From the human T2T-CHM13v2.0 reference genome, Homo sapiens, in the NCBI RefSeq assembly GCF_009914755.1, contig NC_060925.1: 64,000 nucleotides of DNA; one strand, 5' to 3'. This document shows positions 57,313 to 64,000 of the stretch, piece by piece. Below the pieces are notes generated by a model. The model ran no database searches. It worked only from the letters and a program-made list of their open reading frames with translations, and was not told where the DNA came from. Each line of letters starts with the position of its first letter. Position 1 is the first letter of the stretch. Position numbers and translations under genes: made by a program.

Positions 57313-58219
57313 CTTTGTGGTTTTATCTACTTTTGGTCTTTGATGATCGTGATGTACAGATGGGTTTTTGGTGTGGATGTCCTTTCTGTTTGTTAGTTTT
57401 CCTTCTAACAGACAGGACCCTCAGCTGCAGGTCTGTTGGAGTACCCTGCCGTGTGAGGTGTCAGTGTGCCCCTGCTGGGGTGTGCCTCCCAGTTAGGCTG
57501 CTCGGGGGTCAGGGGTCAGGGACCCACTTGAGGAGGCAGTCTGCCCGTTCTCAGATCTCCAGCTGCGTGCTGGGAGAACCACTGCTCTCTTCAAAGCTGT
57601 CAGACAGGGACATTTAAGTCTGCAGAGGTTACTGCTGTCTTTTTGTTTGTCTGTGCCCTGCCCCCAGAGGTGGAGCCTACAGAGGCAGGCAGGCCTCCTT
57701 GAGCTGTGGTGGGCTCCACCCAGTTAGAGCTTTCCCGGCTGCTTTGTTTGCCTAAGCATGCCTGGGCAATGGTGGGCGCCCCTCCCCCAGCCTTGCTGCC
57801 GCCTTGCAGTTTGATCTCAGACTGCTGGGCTGGCAATCAGCGAGACTCCGTGGGCATAGGACCCTCCGAGCCAGGTGCGGGATATAATCTCGTGGTGCGC
57901 GTTTTTTAAGCCTGTCAGAAAAGCGCAGTATTTGGGTGGGAGCGACCCGATTTTCCAGGTGCCGTCTGTCACCCCTTTCTTTGACTAGGAAAGGGAACTC
58001 CCTGACCCCTTGCACTTCCGGAGTGAGGCAGTGCCTCGCCCTGCTTCGGCTCGTGCAGGGTGCACACACCCACTGACCTGCGCCCACTGTCTGGCACTCC
58101 CTAGCGAGATGAACCTGGTACCTCAGATGGAAATGCGGAAATCACCCGTCTTCTGCGTTGCTCACGCTGGGAGCTGTAGACCGGAGCTGTTCCTATTCGG
58201 CCATCTTGGTTCCTCCCTC
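57313..58219 (-). promoter_or_regulatory. L1 5'UTR internal sense promoter plus antisense promoter
   Basis: ~907 bp, GC/CpG-rich, intact YY1 motif CAAGATGGCCG near the 5' end. Confidence 0.85.
57769..57909 (+). pseudogene. L1 ORF0, frameshift-truncated (46 aa)
   Basis: MVGAPPPALLPPCSLISDC...GPSEPGAGYNLVVR matches ORF0; loss of one C at ~57900 gives an early TAA. Confidence 0.8.
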
Positions 58220-60754
58220 AAATAATTAATAATTTTCAAGCAGATGTTCACACCCACTTTTTGTTTGATTGAAACATATTAAGTGTTCACTGATCACTCT
58301 ATTAGTACTTTAAATATTTTATAAGACCTCTCAATGTTTTATAGTTGAGAGAAAGTAAATATTAAAACAATTATTAAAATAACACAAAGAAAATAACGTA
58401 AACACTTTATAATCTCTCTAAGAATTTTAGAAACATGAAACAATTGCAATATAACCAGGAAGGACCAGCAATGTAACAGCTGAATAGTGAATAGCTGCAT
58501 GAGGGAACTGATGATAAAAGAATCTTGATGCTGACCACGTCTTCAAAGTCAGAATGTAACTAGGGATAAGCCCTATGATTCTCTCATCCTTTGGTACATA
58601 AACTTAGTCATGAGAGGACTACAAAATAATAAATAGAAGAGGTGATTTTCTGACTTATATATGGTAAAAGATCTGCTTCTAACAAATAACATAAACAAAC
58701 ATGGAGAATATAAAACTACATGATTTAGGTTTTCAAAGAGACCCTAGTGATTAAACTCACTCATTTGACAAATAAGGATATTAAGGTCAAAAAAGTAACA
58801 TTTCCCAATCAAAATAGCATCTGTAGAGGCATTGACACTCTTGCCTCTACTCTCCCAAATGTCCACCAGAGAACAAAGATGTAATCTTAATATCTAGCAC
58901 AAACCTTTTGTTTACCATGAATATGCTACCATGAACCCCATAATATTTTGCTGATTTCTAAAATGTTGAATAACAACTATTCATATATAGATCTATTGCT
59001 CCATCCATCTCTCAGTTTTTCTGTAAATTGTGGTATCTCTTATTTGTTTTGCTAAAGTAGCTATTGTCCACCTTGCATATTAATCTAATCACAGTGTATC
59101 ATTGTCCCATTTTAAACATGAAATAAAGATAACTGGGTTATAGAGGTCAATTATCTTGTTCAAGGCCAAGTAATTATTTTGAGACAGATTCTGTTTCCAG
59201 ACCCAAATGGCTCTAACTCCAACTTTGTTTCTTCATTCTAAATATTTGAATGGGCTTCTGATACCAAATAGAAACTCAATAATAGTGTGCTGAATTAATG
59301 AATGAATAAATAGTGGGCCAATAGTAGAATTTGTGTTAGAACATCTCCTCCTTGTAAATTTTAAGTGTGTTCTTTGCATTAATCAACACTATTTTCCCCA
59401 ATTCTTCTATTGTATTTATTTAAAATTTCTTCTCTTTTAAAAAATTTAATTCCAGTAACATCTCTAAGAAACTGTTAATTTAAATGAGGCAAAACATCTC
59501 AACATTTATTTAAATAAGAAATATAGCAGAGTCATAGACTGGGTTTCCTCCTCCTCTCCAAGCATGTGGGAAAGAAAGGAATTGTCAGTAATTCTCTCCT
59601 GGTTAATGAGAAAACGTATAAGCCTTCATTGTTTTAGAAAACAGAGATGTCAAAACAGAGATATCATATTAGATATTACCAAGGGCAACAAATTATTAGC
59701 TTACAATCAGTTAGAATCACAGATGTTAAGGAGGTTAAGACTTAGTTTCACAAGATATAGCAAACATACCCATAGTTCAGGATTCTTAGAATTGTTAAAA
59801 TAACTCTTCAAAAACAGTTGCATAATGCAGAGTTACATCTGTTTTTCTACAGCTGTAAATGAGGAGGGGATAGTTCTTCTTTGTATCTTGCTGAGATTTC
59901 TTTCACTGCAGTTAGAAGGGTTTGTAGTTTTCAAGACCAAAGCTAGTTTCATTAGTTAGCTCCAAGAGAAGAAATGGTAGGCCAAAGAAGCCCAAAAATC
60001 ACAGCATGCAAAGGAAATGGCACAAAACAGGATAATTAAAAAACAGTATAGAACAAGCTGTATTTTTTTATCAACAAAGACTTCCCCAAATATTCTAGCT
60101 GCACAATTTTCTATCACTTTCTTGATTATCTTCACTAAACGTTAAACCATTTAATATTTTATTACATACTATCTCTTGGTATATAACTAGGTATATCTTA
60201 TTTACCTACTTCATTTTCCATAATTTTTACTATAGAAATAACATGGTTCTTTAGGTCAGGATCCATAAGAGCTGTTCTACAGTGGCCTCTTGCAATAAAT
60301 GAAATACTGCTTTGTAGGCATGATCTATCATGCTATATATCGAATAAAGGGAAAGAATGAGTCAAGATTAAAGATAGGGTGGTTTGACCAATAATAGTTA
60401 AGTTTCAGAAAAAAAAAATGGTTCCTATGAAATACATCTAACCCTTGTGTTCTATTTTAAAGAAAGCTTCATGTTGTTCAGTAGATAAGATGTATTCAAT
60501 ATTGTACACGCTAAAAATTATTATTCATCTTATGGTCTATTTTAGAGCCTTTTCAAAATGCTTTAAAATGCAAAATGTATTCACATGCAGGTTATCCTCT
60601 AAGAAAGATGGTTTACACATAAATATATATTAAAAATTAGCTATATAAGAAAAGAGCAACACTGAAAAACAAAACAGTAATCAGCAATGAGATATTTCCC
60701 ACTATTATTTAGCTTCACTGAGTGCAATATACAGTTTTTCCAACAAAGCAACAT

Positions 60755-60900
60755 AGTACAATGGAAAGAAAACCATCTCTGGATTACCACAAATCTGACT
60801 TCAAATACTATTTTAAAAATCTACCTTCTTCATAACCTTGAGCAAACCATCTGATTTCTCTAAGACTCAGTCTTTTCAAATGTCAGATGGATAAAAACAT
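60755..60900 (+). mobile_element. MIR SINE
   Basis: aaccttgagcaaacca..tctctaagactcagt..ttttcaaatgtcagatgg. Confidence 0.55.
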
Positions 60901-61248
60901 TTTTTTCTTGTTTTTAGTCCAAAGTCATAAACATCTTCCAATGAGAGCATCTGATCAGCATGGATACTTTTACCACACTCAAATTTGTCACAAAGAGAAT
61001 TCATGTTTTTATTAAAATTTGTCTAATCTTACTATAGATAACTGTACAATCCTTTTATGAATGTTACACCATTTTGAAGTACAGCAAATATTTATATAGC
61101 TTGATGAAACACACTTTGGGACAAATAAAATTTTGGGTCATCTAAAAGCACATTCCAAGAAGGGGCAAGATGGCTGACTAGATGCAGCTAGTACATACCT
61201 CTTTCATGGAGAGGAACCAAAATAGCAAGTAAATAATCACACTTAAAA

Positions 61249-61572
61249 GGCTGAGCGCAGTGGGTCATGCCTGTAAACCCAGCACTTTGGGAGGGAGAGG
61301 CAGGTGGATCATCTGAGGTCGGGAGTTCAAGACCAGCCTGACCAACATGGAGAAACCCCGTCTCTACTAAAAATACAAAATTAGCTGTGTGTGGTGGTGC
61401 ATGCCTGTAATCCCAGCTATTAAGGAGGCTGAGGCAGGAGAATCACTTGAACCTGGGAGGTGGAGGTTGCAGAGATGGCACCATTACACTCCAGCCTGGG
61501 CAACAAGAGCAAATCTCTGCCTCAAAAAAAAAAAAAAAAAAAAAAAAAAAGAAAAAAGAAGAAAAAAGAAAG
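61249..61572 (+). mobile_element. AluSp
   Basis: GAGGTCGGGAG and CTGACCAACATGGAGAAA diagnostics; long A tail; degenerate TSD aatcacacttaaaa/aatcacagttagaa. Confidence 0.93.
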
Positions 61573-62442
61573 AAAAATCACAGTTAGAATACATCATCTG
61601 AGAGACAACACTGGGATTCAACAGAAGTGATAGGAAGCACCAAAAGCAAAGAAGAAGAGGAAAGCACAGCAGCCTGTTTGGTCAGGATCAGCTGGGGGCT
61701 GAGAAGGTCCGAGACATGGGGAAAGGGTAGGTGAGAGAACCCCAGGGCTCCATATTCTTTCCACAGACTTTCACAATCATAGTTGCAAGAGAGCCCCTCG
61801 ACTTTCAAGGGCCTGCAAACTAACAAAGGGAGCCGTTTCAAAATTGCACAGAGGCACTGCTCCAGAGAGGGAACTCATGTTGAGTAGCACAAGCTTTTGA
61901 GCTGTGAGCAGCTACAGCATGGTACCGTTCTGAGAGCTCAGCCTTTAAAAGACTGGGGAGGGATAAGCTCTCCAAATTGGGGGGTGATGCCACCACTGTT
62001 GATGCTGGGCAAAAGAAAGAGCGGGGAGGCCAAGAACTTTCATGAGCCCTAAGGACAAATATGAACACCACTGCTGTTGGCTGCCATGGGACCAAAGCAG
62101 AATCAAATTTTGTACCCTACAGCTGCCTGTCTACATTGTGCCTACTGATAGTGGCTTCACCCTCCCTGGTGACAGGCCAGTAGCCAGCCTGATGCCATTA
62201 CTGCTGCTCCTGGAACAAGGAGGGAGAGTGTAGACTGGGCGCTTTTACATGCCCCAAGGACAAATATCACCACAATTGCTGCAAGCTTCTGTGGGACTAA
62301 GGCATGAGCAAACCGTGTGACCCACAGCTGCTTGCCTATGCAGCTCCCACTGAGAGTGGCACCATCCTCCCTGATGGCAGGCCCACAGAAGGGCCACTGC
62401 TGCCCCCATTGGAGCATTCTGCCGGTGACCTGGAAATCACCT

Positions 62443-62822
62443 TGTATTAGTCCATTCTTGCATTGCAGTAAGGAACTACCTGAGACTGAGTAGTTTATGA
62501 AGAAAAGAGGCTTAACTGACTCACAGTTCCACAGGCTGTACAGGAAGCATGGTTGGGGAGGCCTCAGGAAACTTACAGTCATGGTGGAAAGTAAAGAGGA
62601 AAGAGGTATATCTTCACAGAGCAGAGAAGGAGGAAGAGATTGAAGGGGAAAGTGCTACACACTTTTAAACAACCAGATCTTGTGAGAACTCACTATCATG
62701 AGAACAGCAAGGAGGAAGTCTGCCCCCATGATTCAATTACCTTCCACCAGGCCCCTCCTCCAACACTGGGGACTACAATTTGACATGATATTTGGGCGGG
62801 GACACAGAGGCAAACCACATCA
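62443..62822 (-). mobile_element. MSTA-like MaLR solo LTR inside the L1 5'UTR
   Basis: TGTATTAGTCC...caggctgtacaggaagcatgg...AAACCACATCA. Confidence 0.9.
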
Positions 62823-64000
62823 CAGCCCATCCTGCCTATTATGGTCTGTGCCTGAACACACTACCAGGGGACCTAAAGACAAGTTGGCTGGACTGTTCCC
62901 ATCCCCCCAGTACTCAAGCACAACACCCAAGGTATTACCCAGCACAGTCCACCACTTTTGGCACCTGAAAACTCCTCCCGGGGTCTGAGGTCAGGACAAC
63001 CCAATCTGCTGATACCACTACAGCTGTCACCAACCTGCATGAGCCACCTGCATGCAAGGGACCTGGTTCATCTAATCCTTCATAGCCACTGTCAATACCA
63101 GCATGGACCACTTGGATTCCAGTGGGTTTCCTTATCACTGCTACTGCCATTGCCCACATCACACCCACTTCCCCAGGGCCCAAGCACCTCACCATATGCC
63201 TGGCCCACTGCTGGCACCTGAGCAAGTTGCCTGAAGTGCAAGAATAAGTCCTCCTGGTCCTCCTAACACTGGAGCCAGCATACACTGCTCTAGGGCTTAG
63301 GTGCAGGCATGCTCAGCCCACTGCTGCCACTGCTGGGACCCTCACTGGTCCACCTGGCATCCTAGTCCCCAGCAAAACTTTACCACACCTTCAATAACTG
63401 CACCTTGAGCCACTGAGGAGATCACAGATACCATTGATGCTGGTTGTGAAAGAAATCATACAAAGACAACACTACTGCATGCACACAATATCAAAACCAA
63501 AATGCCCTACCCCAACAACATATATAATTATCAGGAAAAAGTCCTTCCCTATAAAAGCAAAATCAAAAAATTGGAAGAATCAACAACTATTACACCAAAT
63601 GTATAAATATCAATATAAGGGCACAGGAAACAAGAAAAAGCAAGGAAATACAACATCTCCAAAGAGACACAGTAATTCTACAACAAATCCCAATTTAAAA
63701 AATTACAAAATTCTGGATAAAGAATTCAAAATACTGATTTTAAAGAAGGTCAGTGAGATACAAGAGAATTCTAAAAAACCATACAGAAAAAACATTCAGG
63801 ATATGAATGAGAAATTCACCAAAGAGACAGACATTTTTTAAATGACCAAAGAGAAATTCTGGAACTAAAGAATTCATTGAATTAAATAAAAAATACATTC
63901 AAAAGCTTCAATAATAGACTAGATCAAGCAGAAGAAGAACTCTCAGAACTTGAAAACAAGTCTTTTGAAATAATCCAATCAGACAAAAATAAAGAAAAAA

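Larger units (their letters stand above)
61158..64000 (+). mobile_element. 5' end of an old LINE-1 (L1PB/L1MA-like): long 5'UTR plus decayed ORF1 start, running off the window
   Basis: GGGGCAAGATGGCTGACTAGA start (YY1-type motif); ORF1-like DKEFKILILKK.SEIQEN..IQDMNEKFTKE from ~63640. Confidence 0.85.

Overview
This is AT-rich, CpG-depleted primate (human-like) genomic DNA made mostly of interspersed repeats. I find no intact cellular protein-coding gene, RNA gene or CRISPR array. The only cellular-gene-derived sequence is a processed SERBP1 pseudogene (minus strand, ~9789-12952). It sits inside a near full-length old L1MA element that itself interrupts an old ERV1 provirus. Other major elements are a MER4-group ERV1 internal fragment, a Tigger1 DNA transposon, a MER11 (HERV-K11) solo LTR, a two-LTR MER61 provirus containing a head-to-head Alu pair, a two-LTR THE1A provirus, a full-length but inactivated L1PA2/PA3 (52153-58219) and the 5' end of an old L1 running off the window end. 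Almost all ORFs in the track are repeat-derived or spurious. I do not see a new multi-gene biological system. The most interesting signals are small-scale: a fossil SERBP1 splice/polyA isoform, a locus-specific ~70-nt fold-back hairpin in Tigger1, a closely spaced inverted Alu pair, a direct-repeat-flanked LTR fragment inside the MER61 provirus, and a truncated ORF0 with an intact splice donor. Repeat subfamily names come from recalled consensus sequences and need Dfam/RepeatMasker confirmation.
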